From Bacteroidota bacterium (GTDB lineage: Bacteria > Bacteroidota > Bacteroidia > Flavobacteriales_E > Vicingaceae): 64,000 nt of DNA. Below are positions 50,186-59,576 of this stretch, piece by piece. Positions within the stretch are counted from its first letter, which is position 1. Every line of letters starts with the position of its first letter. The position numbers and the translations under genes are program-made. The notes beneath the pieces were generated by a model. It saw nothing but the letters and a program-made list of their open reading frames with translations. It was not told the DNA's origin and did not search any database. The stretch covers positions 95,394 through 159,393 of the forward strand of contig JABFGJ010000008.1 in the NCBI GenBank assembly GCA_013112545.1, written 5' to 3'.

Positions 50186-52159
50186 CTAAATTGTTATTCC
50201 TATTTTCTCAATCAAATCTTTTAAAGTCCAAACGCTGTCAATGATTTTGGTATTTGAATCAAACATCTCGCTATCAATATTTAGCGGAACAGCAACATTC
50301 GCTATATGTCTTGCCTTTATTTGTTCTAACCGTTGTTCAATTTGTTTGGCTGGAATCTTTGCTACGTTGTCTTGAAAATCCCAAAATTCTGTTCCATTGT
50401 ATTGCCATTTCTCTATTCTACATTTTGGATATTTAGGTGTCTTTACACCAGCCAAGTCATCTACATAAAAGTCAGACAGCAACTCAAAATCGAAAGAGTA
50501 ATTTTCGGTTGGATGCTTGAATTGCAATTTCATTCCTTTAGTCAAGAGTAATGTGTATTGCGGAATCGGATAATTGGTTTTGAGGTCTGTAATTAAATCA
50601 AAAGCTTTTTCTAACTCTACCTTGTAAATCGGCATTGAAATATGTTGAAAATGTGCTTGTGGATTTAATACCATAAGTTTGGTTTCATCAAAACTTTTTT
50701 TGATGTCCTCTGAAACTGGTTTTCCCAATGCTAAATACCGATTTATCATATTGCCCCAAAGTGTTTGCAATGAAAGGAAAGTGCCGTCAGATTTATATTT
50801 TAGTTCAGCGGGAAGTCTTTCATTCACAATTTTTTCAAGCTCTTTTCTGATATAGATAGATGAAGCTGTATAATCTTTTGCATCAAAATATTTTTTGGCT
50901 TTGTCAATAAACTCCAAATCACTTTCAATTAGGATAGGATATTCCTTTTTGCTTGCAACATCTTTTCCAGCATACATTTCTTTGAAAACCCATTTAGCAG
51001 GGTCGTGAAGTTTTTTGATTTTGAAGGAAACAAAGTCAAACAAGTTTTTATCGTGGGTTAAAAAAAGTAATTGATAATCTTTGGTGAAATTATTTTCCTC
51101 ATCTAACAAAAAGTCAATCAACTTGTCTCTGTTATTCATATCCAAGCTAATCATCACATCATCAAACACGATGAATTTCAAAACATCAGGAGCTTCTTCA
51201 TTTACTCGTTTCTTTAAAATAGTTAACCGAATGGCTATTGCAATTGCGGTTATTTTCGCCTCATTTAAGAATGATTGCGGACGATGTATGTCTATTTTCT
51301 TTCCTAAATAGGAAGTGATTTTCAAATCTATTTTAAAAGGCTCAAATGAATATGTTGTATCTTTTTTTCTATGTGAATGCCTATGATATTTTAATTCAAA
51401 GTCAATGTCATACCCCAATTTTTTAAGCATATCGGGAGCATTGGCATTGATGAAATCAATCAGGTTTTGAAACTCGTCATTAAAATGCTTGGCAAATTTT
51501 TCAAATTGTTTGTTCTCGTTGCTGTATTTGTAAACTTGAATAGTTTTTCCTTTCGAATTTGTTGTAGTTCCTGGGCCATTTTGAATTTCCTGCCACATTT
51601 CAAAAGCACTTGTTCTTGGCTGTAATGTTCCATCACGCCAAAGGCTATATTCTGCAAACCGAACATAAGGCAAAACATAACCCTCAAAAATCTTGGCTAA
51701 ATCAATAGGTTGTCCGTTCCAAAAGTCTTGAAACTTATACAACACCTTGTAGTTGATAAAGTCTGAAGCTTGGTTTACTTCAACAGCATCTACTTTAGCA
51801 CTTATATCGGTATTTAAAAGTGATACTTCATATTCTATAGCAGGATTATCTGTTGTTTTTACTTTGATAAATGAATTGAAATGTTCTTTTTTAGTAGCTA
51901 GATCTGATTGCTTAGATGCATATATGTTTATCAAGGATTGTTGTCGAGGGTCATTTGTGTCTACAAAGTATTTTTCAATGTCCTTTTCCTCTTTGAGCGA
52001 ACATTCAAACAATGTATATAAAGCCCAATACACAGAGCTTTTACCGCTTCCGTTTTCTCCGTATAACAGCAAATGTTTTCCTGTTTCTCCTAATTCTATC
52101 GCAGGTTGCTCATCAAAAAATTTGAAGTTGTGTATGTGCATGGATTTTATTCTGCTCAT
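50186..52159 (-). CDS. ABC/SMC-like (OLD/AAA_15-21 type) ATPase with an unassigned ~250-aa C-terminal domain
   Basis: 657 aa. Walker A LLLYGENGSGKSSV, Walker B/D-loop FIVFDDVMISLD, H-loop LLFLTHD. 5-nt gap to the downstream gene and 4-nt overlap with the upstream gene. Confidence 0.75.
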   Translation of the reverse strand: MSRIKSMHIHNFKFFDEQPAIELGETGKHLLLYGENGSGKSSVYWALYTLFECSLKEEKDIEKYFVDTNDPRQQSLINIYASKQSDLATKKEHFNSFIKVKTTDNPAIEYEVSLLNTDISAKVDAVEVNQASDFINYKVLYKFQDFWNGQPIDLAKIFEGYVLPYVRFAEYSLWRDGTLQPRTSAFEMWQEIQNGPGTTTNSKGKTIQVYKYSNENKQFEKFAKHFNDEFQNLIDFINANAPDMLKKLGYDIDFELKYHRHSHRKKDTTYSFEPFKIDLKITSYLGKKIDIHRPQSFLNEAKITAIAIAIRLTILKKRVNEEAPDVLKFIVFDDVMISLDMNNRDKLIDFLLDEENNFTKDYQLLFLTHDKNLFDFVSFKIKKLHDPAKWVFKEMYAGKDVASKKEYPILIESDLEFIDKAKKYFDAKDYTASSIYIRKELEKIVNERLPAELKYKSDGTFLSLQTLWGNMINRYLALGKPVSEDIKKSFDETKLMVLNPQAHFQHISMPIYKVELEKAFDLITDLKTNYPIPQYTLLLTKGMKLQFKHPTENYSFDFELLSDFYVDDLAGVKTPKYPKCRIEKWQYNGTEFWDFQDNVAKIPAKQIEQRLEQIKARHIANVAVPLNIDSEMFDSNTKIIDSVWTLKDLIEKIGITI

Positions 52160-55100
52160 TGCTGTATGTTTTTATTTATTACTGCAATGATGTCTTTGCT
52201 TCTTGTTTCCACCAGCAACATTCTTTGCCGTACAGGATTTTCGGGCTTTTGATACCACAAATAGAAATTTTGAATAACTTCTTCTTGGTCTTTCGAGTTC
52301 TCTAAATCCGAAATTGGTTTTGGCGAAATGAATTGTAATACATCAATTCCCACTTCTTTCATATGTTCTTCAAAATACAATTCATACACCATCATATTTA
52401 ACACATCTTCAATGTGTGAAGCTACTCTAACATTTGGCGTATGAGAAATGACCTGCTCTTTTTCCTTATCATAAAGAAAAATCAAATAATCCACAAGAGT
52501 TTCAAATGAAGATTCTCCTTCAAATTTCATAATAGGAATTTGAGAAATTTGTGTTCCTCTTAGGTCAAAATAACCTCCTTGAACTTTAGTTGATGAAAAT
52601 TTATTTTCAAACCAGAAATGAATCAATTGAGAGTTTAAAATTGATAATGCATACTTTGAATTGATTTGATTGCCATATCTCTGTAGGTAATATATTCTAT
52701 CTAATATAATATCTTCTTGATTGTGATAAGCTGCTCTTATATTCAAAACAGTTCTTGGCAGTAGTAGTAGCTCATTTTTAAACAATTCAACTATGTTTGA
52801 ACCAAATGATTTATCTTTAAACTCAATGTAAGTGTTGGGTGTATCTATAAAATACTTTTGAACATTAACAGACTTTATTGCTCTTAAACCCTTATCTACA
52901 TACTCAATTTTATTATTGGGTATTCCCCTTTTACATTTAAAATAATCCCCAATATTAGTTTTGATTTCTTCAATTTTATCAATTATGTTTGATGTTCTTG
53001 AATCGGATTGAAATATAATTTCAAATTGCGAGTTGAAATTAAATAGTTTATGTAGTTCGAGTTTTTTATCAATATTCTCAAACTCATTTAGGTTCTTTAA
53101 TTGAACATAAGAGGTTTCGGAATTTGTATGGTTATTTCTAATTAAGAGCAAAATAGGATATGTAAGTGCATTTTCGAAAACTGAACATTTGGATAGGTCA
53201 ACTATTTGAAGAACATCAGCTTTAGTTAATACAATCTCTCTTATTTTCAATCCATATTCAGCAACAAAAAATTTATTTGGATTGATAAAGGATAAAATCC
53301 CGTCTTTTTTTAGATTATTTAACCCCATTTCAATGAATAAAATATACAAATCATACTGCTTATAAGCTGATTTATAATATTTCTCATATTGCTTTTTTAA
53401 ATTTGAATCTAACGAGGTTCTTCTAACGTAAGGTGGGTTTCCAATTATTATATCAAATCCTTCTTTAACACCAAACATCCACCAAGCATCAAACCAAGAG
53501 CAGGGTGCAGATTCAAAGTCGAAAGGGTTAAATCCGTAAAGTTTAGTGTAAAAGTCATAGTTGTCTTTGGTTGTCAATTCACGCAAACTCAATAAATCAG
53601 TTTGCACCTTTTTAAATCGTCTTTCAAGTTGTAGCTTTTCTTCGCTGCTTACATTAAAAAAATCGTGGCGTATTTTTTCTAATTCTTTTACTGCCAAACT
53701 TGCTTTGGCATCCATATCAAGCTCATTAATCTTCCCAAGTGGGATAAGTGTGTTAGCACAAATAATTTTAAAGTCAAGGTTTGGTAATGGTTGTGGTTCC
53801 GGTTCATCTACCACCAAACTCAACCAAAATCGCAAACGGGCAATGTCCACCGCACCGCTATCAATGTCCACTCCATAAATGCTTTCCTCAATTATGTGCT
53901 TTTTGATATCAGCATCCGAAACGCCTTTTTTAAACCCTTTAAGTTCTTGTAAATAAACCAGTGCATTAAAAATCTCTTGCAACAATCCCATAGGAAAAGC
54001 TCCTGAACCAATAGCTGGGTCGCAGACCTTTACTTGTTCTAATGCTCCAATGATTTTATAGGCATTCTTTTCAGCGAATTGCTTTTCATCATCATTCAAT
54101 TCTTGTTGCTGAATGATTTTATCTATGGCTTGTTTAGCCAGTTCGTTATTTCCAAAAAGATTTTCGTCTTGAGCAAAAAGATAAGCCTTCAAACTCTCTT
54201 TGCACATATAATGCACGATTTCTTTCGGGGTATAAAACGCTCCTTTGTCTTTGTTGTCTTCCAGTAAGTTTTCAAAGATGTGTCCGAGCATTTCAGGGTC
54301 AACGGCTACCGTATGTTCATCAGGTGCATCTTCGTAAATGGTAAAGTTGTAATTATTGAAGGTTTCAAAAAGGTTCTGAAAAATACGCTCAGGCATATAG
54401 AGCTTGTTGTATTTTCTGTCCTGACTGTCGTCAAACAAACCACCATTCAAGTAAGGAAACCTAAAATCATTGTTTGCTTTTTCATAATCAGGATTACATA
54501 ATGTTCTAAAGAACAATGGCACTAACTCCTGATGATAAAAATCCTCTTTGTGTTTTGATTTGGTAAAGAGATCATACAAATAATCAGGATTGCCTTCGCC
54601 CCATTTTTTACCTTTAGCCACTGCTAACCAACCTTTCTTTTGAATGAAATAGAGAAACACAATACGCCCCATCATTCGCTTGCAGAAATCACGGGCTTGT
54701 TTTTCGTCTTTGTTAAAAAGGGCTGTTAATTGCCAGTCGGGTTCGTGAATGACTTGTTCAACATATTTGTTTCCTTTCTTTCTGTATCGCTTACCCGTAA
54801 GGAATTGAACAAAATCTTCATAAGCTTCTTTATAGTTTTTGAAAAACTCCTTACTCAATTTCTCAACCGAGAAAGCTTCTTCAAAATCATCTAAAGTGAG
54901 AAACTGAAAAATATTTTCTTGCTGCTTTTGAATGAGTTTATCAAAGCGAATGGCTGCCGTTAATGCTTTTTCATTTTTACCAAATAGGTATGTGTAGCGT
55001 TTAGGTGCTGTTTCCTTATCTTGAATTTCGTTGGTAGCTGTGTTCTTTACTTTTCGCTTACTGATGTAGCTAAAACGCCATTTATCACCCTGCACAAATA

Positions 55101-55401
55101 CCACCATTGCCCCTGCAACTTGTTTGGTCAAGTCTTTTAATAAGTTTCTAAGTGCAACACGATTTCGGGTAATGTTAACTTTCTCATTCAGTTCTACTTC
55201 AAAAATTCCGATTTTGGTGTATTCGTTTATTTCATAATTACCCAAACTCAAACATTGTTTGCTCAATGTTTTGTCAGACAATGAAATTACACGGTCTTCT
55301 GCATTCAGTTTGTTATTGGTAAACTGAGTTTGCAAAAAGCCTTTCCACACTTTTCTATCGTATGGACTTTCGAGAATATGTCTTATTTCTGATACTGTCA
55401 T
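52156..55401 (-). CDS. Eco57I-like N6-adenine DNA methyltransferase, large (1081 aa) with N- and C-terminal extensions (type IIG/PglX-like architecture)
   Basis: AFYTPKEIVHYM (motif X-like), DPAIGSGAFP (motif I), IIIGNPPYV (motif IV, NPPY), and a long C-terminal putative target-recognition region. Confidence 0.8.
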   Translation of the reverse strand: MTVSEIRHILESPYDRKVWKGFLQTQFTNNKLNAEDRVISLSDKTLSKQCLSLGNYEINEYTKIGIFEVELNEKVNITRNRVALRNLLKDLTKQVAGAMVVFVQGDKWRFSYISKRKVKNTATNEIQDKETAPKRYTYLFGKNEKALTAAIRFDKLIQKQQENIFQFLTLDDFEEAFSVEKLSKEFFKNYKEAYEDFVQFLTGKRYRKKGNKYVEQVIHEPDWQLTALFNKDEKQARDFCKRMMGRIVFLYFIQKKGWLAVAKGKKWGEGNPDYLYDLFTKSKHKEDFYHQELVPLFFRTLCNPDYEKANNDFRFPYLNGGLFDDSQDRKYNKLYMPERIFQNLFETFNNYNFTIYEDAPDEHTVAVDPEMLGHIFENLLEDNKDKGAFYTPKEIVHYMCKESLKAYLFAQDENLFGNNELAKQAIDKIIQQQELNDDEKQFAEKNAYKIIGALEQVKVCDPAIGSGAFPMGLLQEIFNALVYLQELKGFKKGVSDADIKKHIIEESIYGVDIDSGAVDIARLRFWLSLVVDEPEPQPLPNLDFKIICANTLIPLGKINELDMDAKASLAVKELEKIRHDFFNVSSEEKLQLERRFKKVQTDLLSLRELTTKDNYDFYTKLYGFNPFDFESAPCSWFDAWWMFGVKEGFDIIIGNPPYVRRTSLDSNLKKQYEKYYKSAYKQYDLYILFIEMGLNNLKKDGILSFINPNKFFVAEYGLKIREIVLTKADVLQIVDLSKCSVFENALTYPILLLIRNNHTNSETSYVQLKNLNEFENIDKKLELHKLFNFNSQFEIIFQSDSRTSNIIDKIEEIKTNIGDYFKCKRGIPNNKIEYVDKGLRAIKSVNVQKYFIDTPNTYIEFKDKSFGSNIVELFKNELLLLPRTVLNIRAAYHNQEDIILDRIYYLQRYGNQINSKYALSILNSQLIHFWFENKFSSTKVQGGYFDLRGTQISQIPIMKFEGESSFETLVDYLIFLYDKEKEQVISHTPNVRVASHIEDVLNMMVYELYFEEHMKEVGIDVLQFISPKPISDLENSKDQEEVIQNFYLWYQKPENPVRQRMLLVETRSKDIIAVINKNIQQ

Positions 55402-55413
55402 TGTTCAGTTCTT

Positions 55414-58400
55414 TTATGAAACAAATGTTTCGGATATGATAATTTTTGGTTGCAGAGGTTCTAAGTCCTTTTTTGCTTCTCGTTTAATTTTGGAAGTGTA
55501 TTTCCTAGATAGTTTTATCAATTCCGTTTCCAATTTCATTGGATTTGTTTCGTTTCTTAATTTGTAAACTTCATTGGTTAGGTTGGTGTAAGTTCCATTT
55601 TTTAGCAAAGGCAATAAATTTGTTCCTGCTTCAATGCTTTCAGGTGATGAAAGAATTTGATTGGCTAACCAATTATTCAAATCATTTAATGCTTTGTTTG
55701 ACCTTACGTCCAATTTATCTTCATTGCCTCCAATCATTTCGGGAGTGGTGATGTCTCTTTCAAATTGTTCCAAAATATGATTGATGTGTTTGTAATGCTC
55801 ATCAGGAACAGGCAAAATGCCTTCTTCTGATTTTGGTGCTTCGAAAATCTTAACTGCTTTTTCAAATGGAACAGAAAATGATTTGCCTTCTGTATGAATA
55901 TAGATATTCTTATGGTCTCCATTTTTCACAAATGCTATACTGCTTTCATTTTCGGATGCTTTACGGATGCACCTAACTTTTAAAGGCATTTTTCGGATAG
56001 CGTTAAAATGAGCTTCGTTTTGCTCTCTGTATTTTCGCAACCATTCTAAATATTCTGTTCTCAGGTCTTTATCTTCTTCCTTTTCCTCAAACATTCTGAA
56101 TTGGTCTATAATCTCGTCCAGTGTGTAAATCTTGTTGTCCTCACCAAAAGTGCTGTGGCTACTTTGCAGTTTTACCAATGATTTTTGTCGAAGGTTAATT
56201 CTATCATCTCCGTGTTCAGAAGGGTAGAAGTTGTAATTGTAAATGAATTGAGCTTTTGTTCCAATTCGGTTGATTCGTCCAAGTCTTTGAATAAGTCTTG
56301 TCGGATTCCAAGGTGTATCATAGTTTACAATTACATTGGATCTGTGCAAGTTGATTCCCTCTGCCAATACATCTGTTGTTAAAATGATGTCGTAATCATT
56401 TCTAAAAGTTCCTTCAAAATTGGCATCAAAGTTTTCACGAATGGTTTCAAATTCTTTATTTCTGTTGTCAGATGTAATGCTTAAAACCTTGTAATTTGTT
56501 TCGTTTTTCAGTCTGGCAGTCAGGTATTTTAAAGTGTCTGCTGATTCAGTAAAGATTACAAGTTTGCCTAACTCGTTTTTGTCTTTATTGAAATATTCAT
56601 TTTCCAGTAGCTGAATAAATACATTCCATTTTGGGTCGTTGTGTTCTTCAATAGCTTGCCATCTTTCATTTAAGGCAAACAGGTTTTCATAGTCTCTGCG
56701 TAATCCCTCAATAAAGCCAGCTTTGAAATCGGATTGTTTGAACTTCTTGTTTTTGGGTTTGTCATCATCAATTTTCAGAATTTCAATTTCAATTTCTTCA
56801 TCTGTGTAGCCTTTGTTCAACAAATCTGAAATGTCTAAATCAGGAGCTATGAAAACACTGTCTCTTTCATACATTTCAATCATTTGCTTTGTGGAAGCAG
56901 TGATTTTGCTCAACGAGTTTTTGAAAGCATAGAAACTACTTTCCAAACGCTTGATTAGCTGCGTTTGCATAATGAAGGCCAATGAACGGGAAATTGTCTG
57001 TGCACTTTGGTAAAGGCCGTTGTTCGCTTCGTCTGTCAAATATGCTATTGCTTGATAGCGGAAAAAGTCAATTTTATTTTTGTCAATAATGCTGTTTGCA
57101 GTATCAAGAAATAAAGTCGCTAAATCGTGGGGCAATTCATATTCATTTGCAAAAGGGTCTGCAACTTGAGGAAAAATAATTCCTTGCTCTTGCAAGTCTT
57201 TTGCATAGCGTTCATTTTTCTTTAAGTCGGTTCGGGTTCTACGAATGGTAATATCCTTTACCACTTTATCTCTGATGTCGTTGAAAATATCTTGTATGGC
57301 TTGTAAGTCAAGCGGAGTTTGTTGAATAAGTGTTTTATATCTGATGATGTGAGGATAGAAAAACTTTTGCAAATTGGTTTCAGCCAAATTACTGTTTCTA
57401 ATATCTTGGAATAAAGAAATCAAATAGTAAATATCTTCGGGCTTGTTATTTAATGGTGTTGCAGAAATCAATACTACCTTTTTTTCAAATCCTTCAATAC
57501 CACCAATATTTTCACGCCCCGATTTGCAAATCACTTGAAGGTTTTCAAACTGCTGACTTTTATGGTTTCTAAATTTGTGAGCTTCATCAACTAGAATTAA
57601 ATCGTAGCGTTCTTTATCTGCATAATTGTGGTCGCCCTCAACAATTTTGTTCAAACTTCCATTGGCAATAAAATGGCATTTTTCATCAATTCTGAACTCT
57701 TTAAAAGTGCTTTTCCAGTTTTTTTCAAGTGTTGGCGGGTAAACAACAAGAATTTTTGATTTAGGACCATTATTGATAATGAACTTCTTTGCGAGTAAAG
57801 CAGCCATAACCGTTTTACCCGTTCCAACTACGTCAGCTAAAAAGAAGCCGTTGTGTTTTAAAAGCAATTCGTAACCCTGATTTACTGCGTCAATTTGATA
57901 GCTGAGTTTTTTAAACTTCTTTAGCGGAATATCGCTAATACTGTCAGGGTCGTATTCAATATTCTTTCCGAAAAATTCGATTAAGAATTTTACATACAGT
58001 TCAAAAGGTGTTGGATTTAATTCTAAATAAGTCTTCTTTATCAATGCAGGTGCATCAACTGGAAGTATTGGTGTGCTTTGTTCCCAAAGCTTTTCAAATT
58101 CGGTGTCAGCAAAATTTACATTTTCGTAATCTCTTAACTCAACATTCATTTCGTAATTAAACTCTACTGCTTCAAGTCCAAGTCCTTGAGCAGAAAGATT
58201 AGACGAACCCATTATCACCATTCCATTTGGATTGTGTTCGTTGAAATTGGGTGAAAGAAAAATGTAAAATTTAGCATGAAGTTTTTTTGAATTGTGTGCT
58301 CTTATTTCTATTCGTCCTTCGGCAATATCAGCAATTAATTGAATGATTCCTGCTTCTATGTCCTTTCCATATTTTGCATTGATAATGTCTTGTTGAATTG

Positions 58401-58674
58401 ATTCAATGAATGATTCTTTGGTGTCTTTAGCGTTAAGATTGAATAAAAGTCCTTGTTTTTGAGCTAAAGCAATGAAAGGGTCAACATTGATTCCAGCAAT
58501 GATTTTTACCTTTAAGTTGTCAGGGAAATGTTTGCGAATAGCGAAATAACCCGATGCTCTGAAATAGCCAATAACTGATTTAAAGTATTCTATATTTTTC
58601 ATATGCTCAAACACACCTACAAATTTCTTGTAGAGTGTATTCTCGCCTTGATTTGTAAAAAAGTTTGATGCCAT
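55414..58674 (-). CDS. PLD-family nuclease domain fused to an SF2 (SNF2/DEAH-like) helicase
   Basis: 1086 aa. N-terminal HxK...GSSN motifs (LHAKFYIF...MGSSNLS). Helicase motif I ADVVGTGKT, motif II ILVDEAHKF, motif III LISATPLNN, and motif V/VI TDVLAEGINLHRSNVIVNYDTPWNPTRLIQRLGRINRIG. Confidence 0.8.
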   Translation of the reverse strand: MASNFFTNQGENTLYKKFVGVFEHMKNIEYFKSVIGYFRASGYFAIRKHFPDNLKVKIIAGINVDPFIALAQKQGLLFNLNAKDTKESFIESIQQDIINAKYGKDIEAGIIQLIADIAEGRIEIRAHNSKKLHAKFYIFLSPNFNEHNPNGMVIMGSSNLSAQGLGLEAVEFNYEMNVELRDYENVNFADTEFEKLWEQSTPILPVDAPALIKKTYLELNPTPFELYVKFLIEFFGKNIEYDPDSISDIPLKKFKKLSYQIDAVNQGYELLLKHNGFFLADVVGTGKTVMAALLAKKFIINNGPKSKILVVYPPTLEKNWKSTFKEFRIDEKCHFIANGSLNKIVEGDHNYADKERYDLILVDEAHKFRNHKSQQFENLQVICKSGRENIGGIEGFEKKVVLISATPLNNKPEDIYYLISLFQDIRNSNLAETNLQKFFYPHIIRYKTLIQQTPLDLQAIQDIFNDIRDKVVKDITIRRTRTDLKKNERYAKDLQEQGIIFPQVADPFANEYELPHDLATLFLDTANSIIDKNKIDFFRYQAIAYLTDEANNGLYQSAQTISRSLAFIMQTQLIKRLESSFYAFKNSLSKITASTKQMIEMYERDSVFIAPDLDISDLLNKGYTDEEIEIEILKIDDDKPKNKKFKQSDFKAGFIEGLRRDYENLFALNERWQAIEEHNDPKWNVFIQLLENEYFNKDKNELGKLVIFTESADTLKYLTARLKNETNYKVLSITSDNRNKEFETIRENFDANFEGTFRNDYDIILTTDVLAEGINLHRSNVIVNYDTPWNPTRLIQRLGRINRIGTKAQFIYNYNFYPSEHGDDRINLRQKSLVKLQSSHSTFGEDNKIYTLDEIIDQFRMFEEKEEDKDLRTEYLEWLRKYREQNEAHFNAIRKMPLKVRCIRKASENESSIAFVKNGDHKNIYIHTEGKSFSVPFEKAVKIFEAPKSEEGILPVPDEHYKHINHILEQFERDITTPEMIGGNEDKLDVRSNKALNDLNNWLANQILSSPESIEAGTNLLPLLKNGTYTNLTNEVYKLRNETNPMKLETELIKLSRKYTSKIKREAKKDLEPLQPKIIISETFVS

Positions 58675-58968
58675 TTATTTACCCTTTTTAATTTTCTTGG
58701 TTACCGACTTTAATGCCTCATCTGCAAATTGTTCATCTTTGATTACATCCATTACTTGGTCAGCTAACCAGAGTGTAAGAAGTTCTTGTTTGTCAGCATT
58801 TAATATTTCAGCCAAAGTTGCAACCTGCTCTTTTTTGATTGGTCTTTCACCTCTTTCCATTTTACTGATGATAGAAGTGTCAACGTCAAGTTTAGAAGCA
58901 ACCTGTCTTAACAGCAAGTTTTGCTTTGTCCTTAGCTCTCTTATTTTGTCTCCGAGTTGTGTCGCCAT
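58675..58968 (-). CDS. XRE-family HTH regulator (controller-protein-like) at the head of the defence operon
   Basis: 97 aa. HTH (LRTKQNLLLRQVASKLDVDTSIISKMERGE). Its start codon abuts a palindromic operator. Confidence 0.7.
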   Translation of the reverse strand: MATQLGDKIRELRTKQNLLLRQVASKLDVDTSIISKMERGERPIKKEQVATLAEILNADKQELLTLWLADQVMDVIKDEQFADEALKSVTKKIKKGK

Positions 58969-58983
58969 TATAAAATTATTGTC

Positions 58984-59000
58984 TTGACAAATTTTGTCAA
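58984..59000 (-). promoter_or_regulatory. Palindromic operator-like site TTGACAAATTTTGTCAA in the controller gene promoter
   Basis: 8-bp inverted half-sites TTGACAAA/TTTGTCAA separated by a single central T. It lies 16-32 nt upstream of the HTH start codon, and a TATAAT sequence abuts the ATG. Confidence 0.5.
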
Positions 59001-59576
59001 ATATACCATAATTAATGAAACTGTTTCTTGTGCGTGGGCAAAAATTTGGCTCTTTTGGTTTTACTCACGAGATAATTGATTAATAATTGTGTTCGTGAAT
59101 GCTTCGCATTTGTGAAAGGTTGGGCTTGTGTGTCAGGCAAAACCAAATGTGCCAAATGCGGGTGGGCTTAAAATTGTTTTTAAAAAATGTGCGGTGGGAA
59201 AAAAAATAAAAAACAAAGGGTCGGCTTGTGTGTAGCCAAAGTCAGTCCGTTAGTTTTTGTCAAGATGTCAAAGTTCGATTTTTCAGTGTCTGTTTTTAGT
59301 TGCACGGTCGTTCTTTAGGCTTGCGTACAACAATTGAATATAAGCACCAGTACGCCTATTTCTATTTTATGTAAACTAAATTAGTGAAATCTATTGAAGG
59401 AGTAGGTTAATTGGTTTTTGGATTGTATTGCGAATTGATGGCTTTGCACCTGTCTCGCCGCTAGGTGGAAAACCATGCGGAGCGGATATTCATCTGTTCT
59501 ACTGAACATCGTTGATTGTTGGCCTATCGGCAAAACAGCTTGACCACTGTGGAGGGAATACTTAGTGGGCTTTCGT

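Noticed and set aside
53561-54501. Several 60-105-aa plus-strand ORFs
   Set aside because: Antisense to and wholly contained within the large MTase gene. Typical spurious frames.
52156-58968. Assignment of the MTase/helicase module to BREX or DISARM
   Set aside because: No PglZ, BrxC, BrxL, DrmA (DUF1998) or DrmB homologues are present in the operon or its flanks within the window.
58960-59020. Canonical sigma70 -35/-10 pair for the controller gene
   Set aside because: TTGACA...TATAAT spacing is 22 nt (too long) or 12 nt (too short). Bacteroidota promoters use a different consensus, so only the palindrome itself is reported.
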